64,000 nt of DNA from a virus (lineage: Duplodnaviria > Caudoviricetes): positions 9,272 to 73,271 of IMG/VR virus record IMGVR_UViG_3300020048_000103; one strand, given 5' to 3'. The translations under genes and the position numbers were made by a program. A model generated the notes under the pieces. The model saw only the letters and a program-made list of their open reading frames with translations, ran no database searches and had not been told where the DNA came from. This document shows, piece by piece, positions 27,558 to 36,958 of the stretch. Every line of letters starts with the position of its first letter. Position 1 is the first letter of the stretch.

Positions 27558-27606
27558 CCCTCCACCTCCACGACTTCAACTATTTATTAATCTAACATTA
27601 ATCAAG

Positions 27607-27978
27607 ATGCAATTACCTTTTAACAAATTCACTTTAGAGAAAGCTAGAACAATTACCCAAAGATTGTCTGAAGTATCTCATTCGGAAAAATTCACAAGTG
27701 CTCAGTTAAAAACTATTATTAAAGGTCTTCCTTATGAAGCTTTGATAATAGGGATTTTGAAAAAAAGAAAAATTATTCAAAAGAAAGGTAAGTTTTATGA
27801 ATTCTGTAGTCAAGAGCCTGTTTACTACAAAGTAATAGCTGCTGAACTAGAGGCGTTCAAAAAATCAAAAAAGCCACAACAAGTCCGAAAGGATTTGACT
27901 ATCGAGGATATGGTATCCTTATTAAAAAAAGAAGGATATAAAATCCTTAAACCCATCACAAATTACGAGGAACTTTAA
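27607..27978 (+). CDS. Hypothetical protein
   Basis: 123-aa ORF. Confidence 0.65.
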   Translation: MQLPFNKFTLEKARTITQRLSEVSHSEKFTSAQLKTIIKGLPYEALIIGILKKRKIIQKKGKFYEFCSQEPVYYKVIAAELEAFKKSKKPQQVRKDLTIEDMVSLLKKEGYKILKPITNYEEL

Positions 27979-27989
27979 ATTAAATTGTT

Positions 27990-28775
27990 ATGCCAAAATT
28001 AAAATTGATTCTTGCTCTAACGCAAGACGGAGCATCAAGGTATTTAGCCACCTTAAAGGACTATGCAAAGTTTTTTTCTAATCAACAAGGAAGTTTCCTT
28101 GGAATGAAAAATACTTATCAATCACTTGACGAAACTATGGATGAACCTTCTAAAAGAGGTTATACCAAAGTTGTTACTACTGTCCCTGAAAAACTTGAGT
28201 ATTTCATTGCTCACAATGATGAGTACATCAAAAATGTCTTATCAAAAGAAAGGACAAATGGAATGTGTGCATCAATTGGTGAATTGATAGTTGGAGAAGA
28301 AAGTTGGGGAACCTTTACTTCCAATGAACTTCTTGCCATCAAGTCTATCATTGAAAAACCAGAGTTTGTGAACATGATTCAAAACATTCCGGTGCGTACT
28401 GAAACCGATATTTGGGAACCTTCCAACTTGGAAGAGTATGCTGGAAGAGCAATTTTCCAGAAACCTTTAGTTACCCAAACTAACAAAACTACTGTAAAAG
28501 AACAATATATCCTCCAGGATCCTAACCTTGACAAGTTAAAACCCGGTGCGGATTATAAACCACAAATAGCTTCCAAAGACAAAGTTCTTGAACTTGGTGT
28601 ACAGACCAGACAAGAATTTAGTGGACAATGGACTCATGTTCAAAGAGCCAAAGCTTTGGAAAAAGTAATTGAATTGAAAAAGGCCGTTACAATAGCTTTA
28701 GAACAAGCTAATAATGTAGATGCTCATCCATCTATATTAGACGGTAAAAAACTTTTTGGATTCATATTCTCCTAA
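27990..28775 (+). CDS. Conserved coiled-coil phage/bacterial protein of unknown function
   Basis: F.G..NTY...VVTTV.EKL...NELL...IPVR...W...TTVKEQYIL...FSGQW...AVTIALEQAN pattern. Confidence 0.75.
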   Translation: MPKLKLILALTQDGASRYLATLKDYAKFFSNQQGSFLGMKNTYQSLDETMDEPSKRGYTKVVTTVPEKLEYFIAHNDEYIKNVLSKERTNGMCASIGELIVGEESWGTFTSNELLAIKSIIEKPEFVNMIQNIPVRTETDIWEPSNLEEYAGRAIFQKPLVTQTNKTTVKEQYILQDPNLDKLKPGADYKPQIASKDKVLELGVQTRQEFSGQWTHVQRAKALEKVIELKKAVTIALEQANNVDAHPSILDGKKLFGFIFS

Positions 28776-28790
28776 CGAATATTAAAATAC

Positions 28791-28875
28791 ACTCATAGTG
28801 TTACATTCAGTCTTACTTTATCCCTGTAAATTTAGACTATTCCTCAGTGTTGAGAGTGAAGTGTAACAGTTGAGT
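28791..28875 (+). ncRNA. Long imperfect hairpin 3' of the conserved gene
   Basis: ACTCA/TGAGT, TGTTACATTCA/TGAAGTGTAACA, AGTCT/AGACT. Confidence 0.5.
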
Positions 28876-28894
28876 TTCAAGCTCTGGAAAATAC

Positions 28895-29019
28895 TAAGTG
28901 TTTATGCCCCCTGAAGATCGAGGGTTCAACTCCCTTTTCGACCTCTAATATTAGAGAACATAATGGTCGAATAGTTTAGTGGTCAAAACGTCAGGCAACG
29001 TCAGTTTTAAACTCACTTA
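28895..29019 (+). ncRNA. Circularly permuted tRNA mimic, YrlA (Y RNA)-like architecture
   Basis: Order is CCTGA-AGATC-T-arm-TTCGACC-loop-GGTCGAA-D-arm-TCAGG. The 5' and 3' ends extend the anticodon-position stem (TAAGTG/CACTTA). Confidence 0.75.
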
Positions 29020-29079
29020 AAAGTAGAAGTACAGAAAAAACCTCTTGCACGCGAAGGATATTGAAATGCAAGAGGGTAT

Positions 29080-29150
29080 GCGGGAATGCGCCAATCGGTA
29101 GAGCGGTATTTCAGGGGATATGTATGGGAGTTCGATCCTCCCTTCCCACA
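29080..29150 (+). tRNA. Degenerate tRNA (pseudo)
   Basis: GCGGGAA/TTCCCAC with one mismatch, AATCGGTAGAGC D-loop, GGGAG TTCGATC CTCCC. Weak anticodon arm. Confidence 0.6.
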
Positions 29151-29186
29151 CAACCTATTTTAATTAATCAATCTAACATTTAACTT

Positions 29187-29513
29187 ATGAGTTCTGGTAT
29201 TGTAATCAATGTAAATCTTCCAGGAAGATTAGAAGGTGCTGTTAAACATGTCAGCACACAAACTTACAGTGTTAAAGTATTCACAGAGGGACAGAAAATC
29301 CTTACGTTAACTAAGGAAATTCTTCACACCGACCGTCAACCAACCAAATGCACTAGAAAAATTAACATTACTCCGGCTGTTGTTTCTCTTTGGGTTCGTT
29401 CAGAATGCCCTTATTGGATGCAACCAAAGTTTTGGAAAAACTTTTCTAGGAATGAAAAGATTCAAGCTTTTGTCGAAAGATTTGATGAAGGCTATGGAGT
29501 TAGCTATGAATAA
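29187..29513 (+). CDS. Hypothetical protein
   Basis: 108-aa ORF. Confidence 0.65.
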   Translation: MSSGIVINVNLPGRLEGAVKHVSTQTYSVKVFTEGQKILTLTKEILHTDRQPTKCTRKINITPAVVSLWVRSECPYWMQPKFWKNFSRNEKIQAFVERFDEGYGVSYE

Positions 29514-29880
29514 ACTCCTTTTTGTTTTAATTTTGGTATTATTATCAACTCCTTTATGTTCCCAAAGCTATTGGTTTAATGGATCTTCTATGAGTTATAA
29601 AATGCCTGGAGAATCTTGGTCTACGCCTGTCTCAACTAATATTCCTATAAGCATGGATGCTGATAGAAAAAGGATTGAGGTATACAGTGATGAGACACAG
29701 ATTATAGATTATGTAGGATTTGAGACTTTGGATAACAATAATTTATATTTTGGAAGTTTTGCTACTGATAGCGATTATAAAAAAATCTATATCAAGCTTT
29801 ATGTTCTTCCAAATGATGTTGCTTATTTAGAAATACAATATAGTAACATATATATAAAGTATGAATTAAGTCCTCCCTAA
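29506..29880 (+). CDS. Secreted/periplasmic hypothetical protein
   Basis: Signal peptide MNKLLFVLILVLLSTPLCSQ. Confidence 0.65.
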   Translation: MNKLLFVLILVLLSTPLCSQSYWFNGSSMSYKMPGESWSTPVSTNIPISMDADRKRIEVYSDETQIIDYVGFETLDNNNLYFGSFATDSDYKKIYIKLYVLPNDVAYLEIQYSNIYIKYELSPP

Positions 29881-29888
29881 TTTTTAAA

Positions 29889-29960
29889 GGCCTCGTAGTT
29901 CAGTGGTAGAACCCCTGACTGTTAATCAGGAAGTCGTAAGTTCAAATCTTACCGAGGCCT
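29889..29960 (+). tRNA. tRNA-Asn(GUU)
   Basis: GGCCTCG/CGAGGCC, CCTGA CTGTTAA TCAGG. The discriminator is T rather than the usual G. Confidence 0.9.
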
Positions 29961-29993
29961 CACCTTTTATTATAAACCCTTTAAACATTTATT

Positions 29994-30251
29994 ATGAAAA
30001 TGACGTACTTTAAACCAGTTTCAACTTCTGCGAAACTAACTGCTTTAAGAAATTCTGCGGCTTCTGCCATGTCAGCTTTTACAAAAGCTTTAAATGATTT
30101 ATCACTTGTTAATGAGCAAATCAGTAAAGAAATTACTGATAATGCCGAGACCATTAAAAAGTTAACTGAATTTTCTCAGGAATTATCAGTGCAAAAAGTT
30201 GCAAATCAAAAAGTTATTGACAACATCAAAAGTATTGTTAACGTAGACTAA
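29994..30251 (+). CDS. Small coiled-coil protein
   Basis: Heptad-rich 85 aa. Confidence 0.65.
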   Translation: MKMTYFKPVSTSAKLTALRNSAASAMSAFTKALNDLSLVNEQISKEITDNAETIKKLTEFSQELSVQKVANQKVIDNIKSIVNVD

Positions 30252-30460
30252 CTCCAATATTCTTATGGAATATAGTGAGATTGATCCAAATTTTGACCCA
30301 ATGCTTATTCATTTATATAATGAAAAAGTAAAAGTGCTTTATAATGATAAGATTTATGTAGGTAAATTAACCTTTGCTGGTTTAAATTATTTCAATCTTT
30401 ATCAGGTAACTATAGATAGATTTCCAATATGGCCAATAGACCCTAAAAACGTAAAAAAGT

Positions 30461-31174
30461 ATGAATAACTATCAAGTTATAACTGATGAAGGTATTTTTA
30501 AAAACTTTATTGATTGGCTACCGCAAACATCTTTGCATGAAGTTTTTTATGTATGTTTATTTTCTAGAAGTAAGTATTGTAATACTTCTGAAATAAAACA
30601 TATCAAAACAGATAAACAGCAAGTTAGAAGATTTACTGCTACTAAAGAAAATTTATTTTATAAAGTTAAACAACTTGAAGTACCATTAGGAAGCTATAGG
30701 CAAAGAGACTTGCCTATTCCTCAGGAATCTTTAGCTTTATACATAAATCCCAATCCTAGAAGTATGATTAAAGCTACTTACAAAGCCATTCATAAATTTA
30801 TTGATTTAACTAGAGAACAATATACCTCTAATAGATTCGATTTATCACATGAAACTTTAAGTGCAATACAAACTTCTAAAGGAACTATGCGTTATATGGA
30901 TTTTGATTTTGATAATATAGAAATATATAGATTATTAGAATTAATAACTCCATTAATTAATTTAAGTGCTATTGAGATTTTAGCTACAAAGAACGGATAT
31001 CATATCCTAGTTAATATTGAAAGAATAGACAATAAGTATAAACGAACTTGGTATACTTCTCTAAATTCATTAGTAGAAGTTGACATTTCTGGAGATCAGA
31101 TGATCCCTGTTCCTGGAGCTACTCAAGGGATGTTTACTCCCAAATTTATTAATTTAAATGATTTAATTTTTTAA
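30461..31174 (+). CDS. AEP/PrimPol-like catalytic domain protein
   Basis: MDFDFD (DxD), ATKNGYHIL (TxxGxH) and DQMIPVPG motifs. Confidence 0.55.
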   Translation: MNNYQVITDEGIFKNFIDWLPQTSLHEVFYVCLFSRSKYCNTSEIKHIKTDKQQVRRFTATKENLFYKVKQLEVPLGSYRQRDLPIPQESLALYINPNPRSMIKATYKAIHKFIDLTREQYTSNRFDLSHETLSAIQTSKGTMRYMDFDFDNIEIYRLLELITPLINLSAIEILATKNGYHILVNIERIDNKYKRTWYTSLNSLVEVDISGDQMIPVPGATQGMFTPKFINLNDLIF

Positions 31175-31180
31175 AACACA

Positions 31181-31495
31181 GTGCAAATGAATAATGTCCT
31201 TTATTATCATGGAAAGACTGAACAAGGTCAAAGGTATACGATTGCCGGTAAATATGTAGACAACACTCTACAATTGGGTTTATCGTTTTGTAATCCTAAA
31301 GATGCTTTTGTAAAACAAATTGGAAGAGTAAAATCTTCCGGAAGGTTGCGTTCTAAAAATTCTTCAAGAGGTGTTTACACTTTTGGAAATGCTATCTTTG
31401 AACAAGGTGGTGAAATTAAATATTTCATAAAAACTTGTCAAACTTTTTCAAAATTGTCGCCAAGAAATTTTAGGAAACTTTTTAATTTATATTAA
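31181..31495 (+). CDS. Hypothetical protein
   Basis: GLSFCNPKDAFVKQIGR motif seen in small phage proteins. Confidence 0.65.
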   Translation: MQMNNVLYYHGKTEQGQRYTIAGKYVDNTLQLGLSFCNPKDAFVKQIGRVKSSGRLRSKNSSRGVYTFGNAIFEQGGEIKYFIKTCQTFSKLSPRNFRKLFNLY

Positions 31496-31770
31496 TTGAA
31501 CTGCCTGTACAATGATTTTGTGCGGGCTTTTTCTTTTTCTATGAGTAGGAGTTTCAGACGAACAAAAATATTTGGATGGACTACATCAAAATCTGAAAAA
31601 GTAGAGAAGATTATTATACATAAAAAATTTAGAAGAGTTTGTAAAACTTTTATTAGATCTTGTAGAATGTCTTCTCTACTTTACAGATTTAGAGAAATTT
31701 CAGATGTTTGGAGTATGAGTAAAGATGGGAAATATTATTGGAGAGATGCTCCTAAAAAATATATGAGAAA

Positions 31771-32097
31771 ATGATTGTAATAAAAGATTTTGATTTTGAA
31801 ATGGAACAAGTTAAAAACACTCCATTTTTTGATCTAAAAGTACAAACAGTTATAAATGCTGGAAAAGAAAAAGAAAGAACTGAAATGAAATTAGTAGGTC
31901 ATGGTATGCCTTTTGAGACATGCATTGAACATATTGTTTCTTACAAATTAGGTACTTTAGATGAAACTTTTTCTATTAAAGAATATATAGCTAAACACAC
32001 TGAAATCGTTAATTCTATTTTAGAACTAGTTCAATTTGAGGAAGATAAAAAACAAGAAGATACTGAAGAAGAGAACATAGATGATTTACACGAGTAG
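31771..32097 (+). CDS. Hypothetical protein
   Basis: 108 aa, acidic tail. Confidence 0.65.
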   Translation: MIVIKDFDFEMEQVKNTPFFDLKVQTVINAGKEKERTEMKLVGHGMPFETCIEHIVSYKLGTLDETFSIKEYIAKHTEIVNSILELVQFEEDKKQEDTEEENIDDLHE

Positions 32098-32127
32098 ATA
32101 TGGTATTATATACTCTAAATCATAAAT

Positions 32128-32484
32128 ATGGTTATTATAGAAAAAGATTTGAAAATAGAATGTAATGATAATCATTATATTTTATATCATCTAAAAACAA
32201 AAAAAGAATTAGCAGAAAATACTGAAGAATCTAAAGATTTATATAATATTTATGGATATTACATGAATATTAAAAATGCATTTTTAGCTGCATACAAATG
32301 GAGAATAAGTAAAAAGTATCCATTTAAAGAATCTTCAAAAGATTTAAAATTAGATTTGATTCATCTAAAAAGTGTTAATGATAACTTTTCTAGAAAATTA
32401 AATCTTTTATACCAACCTGTGCAAAACTTAAAGAAAATAATTTTTGATGAATATAAGCGATTACAGAATAAAAATCTCGGATAA
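32128..32484 (+). CDS. Hypothetical protein
   Basis: 118 aa. Confidence 0.6.
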   Translation: MVIIEKDLKIECNDNHYILYHLKTKKELAENTEESKDLYNIYGYYMNIKNAFLAAYKWRISKKYPFKESSKDLKLDLIHLKSVNDNFSRKLNLLYQPVQNLKKIIFDEYKRLQNKNLG

Positions 32485-32705
32485 TATTATTATAGTAACT
32501 TCTAAATTAAAAATGAATTTAGATGTTTTATCAGAGGTTAAGGAACTTTTTGAGAATACTTCTTTAAGATTTTATAGATACGGAATGTATACTGACACTT
32601 TAGGATATTATCATGGATATGATTTTATTAAAAAAAGATTTATATATTGTGGGTCAATGAGTTATCCGGAAGCATTAAAATTAATGAATAAATACATAGA
32701 AACCA

Positions 32706-33326
32706 ATGAGCAAGATATGGGTATCGTCTGATTTTCACTACAATCATAGTAACATTTGCTATGGAATTTCTAAATGGGCTAACAGAGAAAAGAATTGTAG
32801 AAAATTTAATTCCCTGGAGGAAATGAACAATGCTTTAGTAAAAAATATTAACAGAAACGTCCAATATGAAGATACATTGTATTTTCTAGGAGATTGGGCT
32901 TTTGGAGGTATTGAAAGTATTTGGCAATTTAGGGCACAAATCAATTGTGGTAACATAATTTTCATAACTGGAAATCATGACCATCATATAAAAAGTAACA
33001 AAATTCTTCCAAATTATATTGACTATTTGGATCCACCAGTAAAAGCCCAGGAAATATTTACAGAAGTTCATAATTATTTGGAAGTTACTATTAATGGACA
33101 AATTTTTGTAATGTCTCATTATCCTATGGAAGAATGGTTTGAAATGGATAGAAAAGGAAGTATAATGTTACATGGGCATTCTCACCATGCTTTGGACCAA
33201 AGTTTTATCAGCATAAATTATAGAAGAATGGATGTGGGTATTGATTGGAGAGAATTTAGGCCATATGAAATATCAGAAATTATTAGTATAATGGAATACA
33301 GAGATTTAAAAAAACACTCAAACTAA
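32706..33326 (+). CDS. Calcineurin-like metallophosphoesterase
   Basis: SDFHYNH, LGDWAF, GNHD, SHYPM, HGHSH, DVGID. Confidence 0.9.
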   Translation: MSKIWVSSDFHYNHSNICYGISKWANREKNCRKFNSLEEMNNALVKNINRNVQYEDTLYFLGDWAFGGIESIWQFRAQINCGNIIFITGNHDHHIKSNKILPNYIDYLDPPVKAQEIFTEVHNYLEVTINGQIFVMSHYPMEEWFEMDRKGSIMLHGHSHHALDQSFISINYRRMDVGIDWREFRPYEISEIISIMEYRDLKKHSN

Positions 33327-33331
33327 TAGAT

Positions 33332-34225
33332 ATGTTAAAAGAAAAATTTCCAGAGATCGGAGTCATTATAGGAAGATTCCAAATAGATAAGTTGCATGAT
33401 GCTCATGTAGAACTTATTAAAACAGTGTTGAACCAACATGAAAAAGTAATAATTTTCTTAGGAGTTTCTCAAGCTGTAAATACTAGGAGAAACCCAATGG
33501 ATTTTATTACTAGGAAAGCCATGATAGAAAAGAAGTTTTCTGAAGGAATTTCAATTATTTTACCTTTACTTGATAAAAAGAGTGATGAAGTTTGGTCTGC
33601 CCAAATTGATACTAAGGTAAGAGAAGTATTTCCTTTTGGAGACGTAGTTATCTATGGATCCAGAGATTCTTGTTTGGATTCCTATAGTGGAAAGTTTAGT
33701 AAAACTGAACTTGTTCCTAATGTATATACCTCAGCCACTTTCTTTAGAGAACAAATATCTAAGAAGGTAATAGCTTCTGAAGAATTCAGAGCAGGTATTA
33801 TATATTCTGTATATTCTCAATACCCTACAGTATATTCTACAGTCGACATTGCTATTTTAAATAGTAAGAATGAAGTTTTATTAGGTCAAAAACCCGACGA
33901 AACTAAGTGGAGATTTGTTGGAGGATTTGTTGATGTTACTGATAGTTCTGATGAAGCTGCTGCAAAAAGAGAAGCTTATGAAGAAACCGGTCTTGAAGTT
34001 GATTCTTTAACTTATTTAGGATCATTTCCTGTAAGTGATTGGAGATATAAAGGGTCTAAAGATAAATCTATTATGACTAGATTCTTTTCTGCAAAGTACA
34101 TTTTTGGAACACCTACACCTCAAGATGATATAGCTAGCCTAAAATGGTTTCCATTAACAGCATACTTAGAGGATATTCTTGTATCAGAACATGTAAAACT
34201 TTTAAGTAGATTATTATGTGCTTAG
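33332..34225 (+). CDS. nadM: Bifunctional NMN adenylyltransferase / Nudix hydrolase (NadM-Nudix)
   Basis: GRFQ...H.AH, RNPM, YGSRD, SATFFR, Nudix box GGFVD......AAKREAYEETG. Confidence 0.9.
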   Translation: MLKEKFPEIGVIIGRFQIDKLHDAHVELIKTVLNQHEKVIIFLGVSQAVNTRRNPMDFITRKAMIEKKFSEGISIILPLLDKKSDEVWSAQIDTKVREVFPFGDVVIYGSRDSCLDSYSGKFSKTELVPNVYTSATFFREQISKKVIASEEFRAGIIYSVYSQYPTVYSTVDIAILNSKNEVLLGQKPDETKWRFVGGFVDVTDSSDEAAAKREAYEETGLEVDSLTYLGSFPVSDWRYKGSKDKSIMTRFFSAKYIFGTPTPQDDIASLKWFPLTAYLEDILVSEHVKLLSRLLCA

Positions 34226-34584
34226 ATTTACATAATCAATTAAGAATTCCTAGAATTGCATTTAGAAATATTAAATGTTATAAAGTAGTTGATAAAATAG
34301 AGTTTGCAAATGGACGTATAGTTTATGAAACTCCTTATCGCAGATATCAAATTACTATAGGGGATACTTATGCTTCAGAACTTAGAAAAGTAGACTTTTT
34401 TGTATATGAAGGTCTTCATTCTTTTAAAGATCTTAATACAACATGGGTTTCTTACAATGATTGTAAAAAACCAACAGTTGTAGAATGTATTATTCCAAGA
34501 TGGAGTTTATATTATAAAGGAATGTTTTTTCGTGTGGAATCTTATGCTTCTAATAAATTAATCTATTTAAAAATTGTAAAGTAA
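34216..34584 (+). CDS. MCL-family paralog 3 (short form)
   Basis: MCL..CYK..ETPY..GLHSF..CIIP..YYKG..YAS. Confidence 0.8.
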   Translation: MCLDLHNQLRIPRIAFRNIKCYKVVDKIEFANGRIVYETPYRRYQITIGDTYASELRKVDFFVYEGLHSFKDLNTTWVSYNDCKKPTVVECIIPRWSLYYKGMFFRVESYASNKLIYLKIVK

Positions 34585-34585
34585 T

Positions 34586-34975
34586 ATGTGTCTAGATTTA
34601 AATTTTTTTAATATATTCTCAAAAACTGCTTCTGAAGATATAGTATGTTATAAATATCTATGTACTAAACCTCCTAGATTTATGCGAAATTATACATCTT
34701 CTCAAGGGAATGGTAAAACATATTATACTCCGTATAAATATATGCCTGTTAAAATAGGAACCACTTATTCTTCTAATATACTTAGACAAGGTCTTACAGT
34801 TTCTATTGCGCTTCATAGTTTTTCTTCTTATGAATCTTTAGACAAGTTTAGAGAGGATGACACCGTTAAGGTAGAATGTTTAATTCCTAAAGGATCCAAA
34901 TATTATGTTGGGAAATTTTTAGGTTATGAATCATATGCTTCTGATAAAATAGAATATATAAAAATTATAGAATAA
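34586..34975 (+). CDS. MCL-family paralog 4 (short form)
   Basis: Same motifs. Confidence 0.8.
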   Translation: MCLDLNFFNIFSKTASEDIVCYKYLCTKPPRFMRNYTSSQGNGKTYYTPYKYMPVKIGTTYSSNILRQGLTVSIALHSFSSYESLDKFREDDTVKVECLIPKGSKYYVGKFLGYESYASDKIEYIKIIE

Positions 34976-35346
34976 TGTGCTTAAGTTTATCTTTATGGAA
35001 TTTTTCTTCTAAAGTTGCATCAGAGGATATTATATGTTATAAAACTCTTGCAAAAATAGAATATCCAAAAATAGGAATTGTATATTATAAAACTCCTTAT
35101 ATGGGTGTTTTAATTGATATAGGGTTTACTTATACTTCAAAACTTAAAAGAAGTGGCTTTACTATAGAAGATGGTCTTCATTCTTTTAAACATGCTTATG
35201 ATACACATTTAGCAAATTCATGTTGGCGAAGTGTTGTATCAGTGCAATGTGTAATTCCGAAAGGAAGTAAATATTATAAAGGGACATTTCTTGGAGCAGA
35301 TTCTTACGCTTCTAGTCAATTAATTTACGTAAAAATCATTGAATAA
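34975..35346 (+). CDS. MCL-family paralog 5 (short form)
   Basis: Same motifs. Confidence 0.8.
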   Translation: MCLSLSLWNFSSKVASEDIICYKTLAKIEYPKIGIVYYKTPYMGVLIDIGFTYTSKLKRSGFTIEDGLHSFKHAYDTHLANSCWRSVVSVQCVIPKGSKYYKGTFLGADSYASSQLIYVKIIE

Positions 35347-35801
35347 TGTGTTTAATAGTACTTAAAGGAACTCCTATAAAGGAGGCTGAAGAAGATATCA
35401 TTTGCTATAAGCAAATTGATGTCGATTATAATTATGGAATAAGATATTATTCATATATAATGCGTTTTGAATATGTTCTTGGCCTTTTATATACTGAACG
35501 TTTAGAAAAAGATGATGGAACAAATCCAGATGACTATGCATATGCTGATTTTCAGGCTCAAGATGCTGTTTTAGAAGGTTTAGGATTTCCTTCTTCAAAT
35601 ACTTTTTTCACTAGTTGGGAAAATATACTTCCTGAATGTGACTTTTATCTTAAAGGTTTTCATTCTTATAAAAGTGGTGTTAAAGATAAAGGAAGAAAAC
35701 CTAATGTTGAATGTATAATACCTAAAGGATCTAAATATATTGAAGACCTCAGTGGATTAATTTGTTCTAATCAAATAATTTTAACTAAACTAATAGATTA
35801 A
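35346..35801 (+). CDS. MCL-family paralog 6 (divergent)
   Basis: MCL..EDIICYK..GFHSY..CIIPKGSKY. Confidence 0.75.
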   Translation: MCLIVLKGTPIKEAEEDIICYKQIDVDYNYGIRYYSYIMRFEYVLGLLYTERLEKDDGTNPDDYAYADFQAQDAVLEGLGFPSSNTFFTSWENILPECDFYLKGFHSYKSGVKDKGRKPNVECIIPKGSKYIEDLSGLICSNQIILTKLID

Positions 35802-35804
35802 AAA

Positions 35805-36335
35805 ATGTATCAAGAAGTAAATGGAGATTTAATTCAACTTGCCTTAGAAGGTAATTTTGATGTTATAACTCATGGTTGTAACTGTTTCTGTACTATGGGT
35901 GCTGGTATAGCTCCTAAAATGGCTAAAGCTTTTAGTTGTGATCAATTTAAAATGGAACATCCTCAACTTAAAGGTCATATTGATAAGTTAGGTAATATTG
36001 ATGGAAGAGTTTTAAACATATTCAATCAAAAAGCTTATATTCCTGAAAATTCTCCAAGAGAGTTAATTCTTAAATTACCTGATTATAAATTAACAGTGGT
36101 CAATTCTTATACTCAATATGGGTTTGGTAGCAATCATTCAAATGGTGTTTCTGCACCAATTGATTATGAAGCATTGATTCTTTGTATGCGTAAGATTAAC
36201 TTTACTTTTAAAGGACAACGTGTTGGATTACCTCAAATTGGTTGTGGTTTAGCAGGTGGAGATTGGAATGTAGTTAAGGCTATTATTCAAAGAGAATTAA
36301 AAGATTGTAATATAACAATTGTAATATTTAAATAA
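35805..36335 (+). CDS. Macrodomain protein (ADP-ribose processing)
   Basis: GDLI...HGCNCFCTMGAGIA...YTQY...PQIGCGLAGGDW. Confidence 0.92.
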   Translation: MYQEVNGDLIQLALEGNFDVITHGCNCFCTMGAGIAPKMAKAFSCDQFKMEHPQLKGHIDKLGNIDGRVLNIFNQKAYIPENSPRELILKLPDYKLTVVNSYTQYGFGSNHSNGVSAPIDYEALILCMRKINFTFKGQRVGLPQIGCGLAGGDWNVVKAIIQRELKDCNITIVIFK

Positions 36336-36336
36336 T

Positions 36337-36957
36337 ATGTGTTTAGATTTAAAATCTCGTGATGAAGAGCCTTTAAAAGCAACTGAAGATATTGTAGTCT
36401 ATAAATTATTAATTGAAAGACTAAAATATTTTTTAAATTGCAAAAATATTAGTAATCTCCATGGAGTTGCTTTTAAAGCAAAACATTATATGGGAAGCTA
36501 TTTTGAAGGAGTACTTTCTGTAGCAGGTATGACAATTTATCTTTGTAATAATACTTTTAGAGGCTCAAATTGCCCTGAAAAATTTGGTTTTGAATACTCT
36601 TGGGTATTGGATCAACAAATTACTTCATTAGTTGTAAACGATGTGGAATTACTAAAGAGTACCTCCAGTTTACTAACTCCTTATATGGATTTTAAAGTTA
36701 CAATTGGGAACACTGTTAAATCAGACATCGTAAAAGAATATGATACAGTTGGTGAAGGATTGCACTCTTTTGAATTTTTAGAAGATGCTAAAAAATTATA
36801 TCTTCTTGATTTTAAAGAATTGAATGGAAGAGAGGATTCAATTATGGTATTTGTTGAATGTATTATCCCAAAAGATAGTATGTATTATAAAGGATACTTT
36901 GATGATTACCCTTCCTATGCTTCTGATCAATTAACCTATGTAAAAATCGTTGAATAG
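36337..36957 (+). CDS. MCL-family paralog 7 (long form)
   Basis: Core motifs plus a roughly 80-aa insert with YLCN...G..C.EKFGF.YSW. Confidence 0.8.
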   Translation: MCLDLKSRDEEPLKATEDIVVYKLLIERLKYFLNCKNISNLHGVAFKAKHYMGSYFEGVLSVAGMTIYLCNNTFRGSNCPEKFGFEYSWVLDQQITSLVVNDVELLKSTSSLLTPYMDFKVTIGNTVKSDIVKEYDTVGEGLHSFEFLEDAKKLYLLDFKELNGREDSIMVFVECIIPKDSMYYKGYFDDYPSYASDQLTYVKIVE

Positions 36958-36958
36958 C

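Larger units (their letters stand above)
26419..27570 (+). ncRNA. ssrA: tmRNA interrupted by a group I intron (exons 26419-26719 and 27558-27570)
   Basis: 5' end GGGGGTGACTGGATTTGAC. G3-U70 acceptor with CACCTCC-A. Tag ORF 26502-26549 GKVVNFTSRMTRLAA*. T-arm GAGGG TTCGATT|CCCTC. Confidence 0.92.

Noticed and set aside
29100-29120. Second UCA suppressor in the 29080 pseudo-tRNA (TTTCAGG)
   Set aside because: With TCA centred, the flanking stem does not pair.
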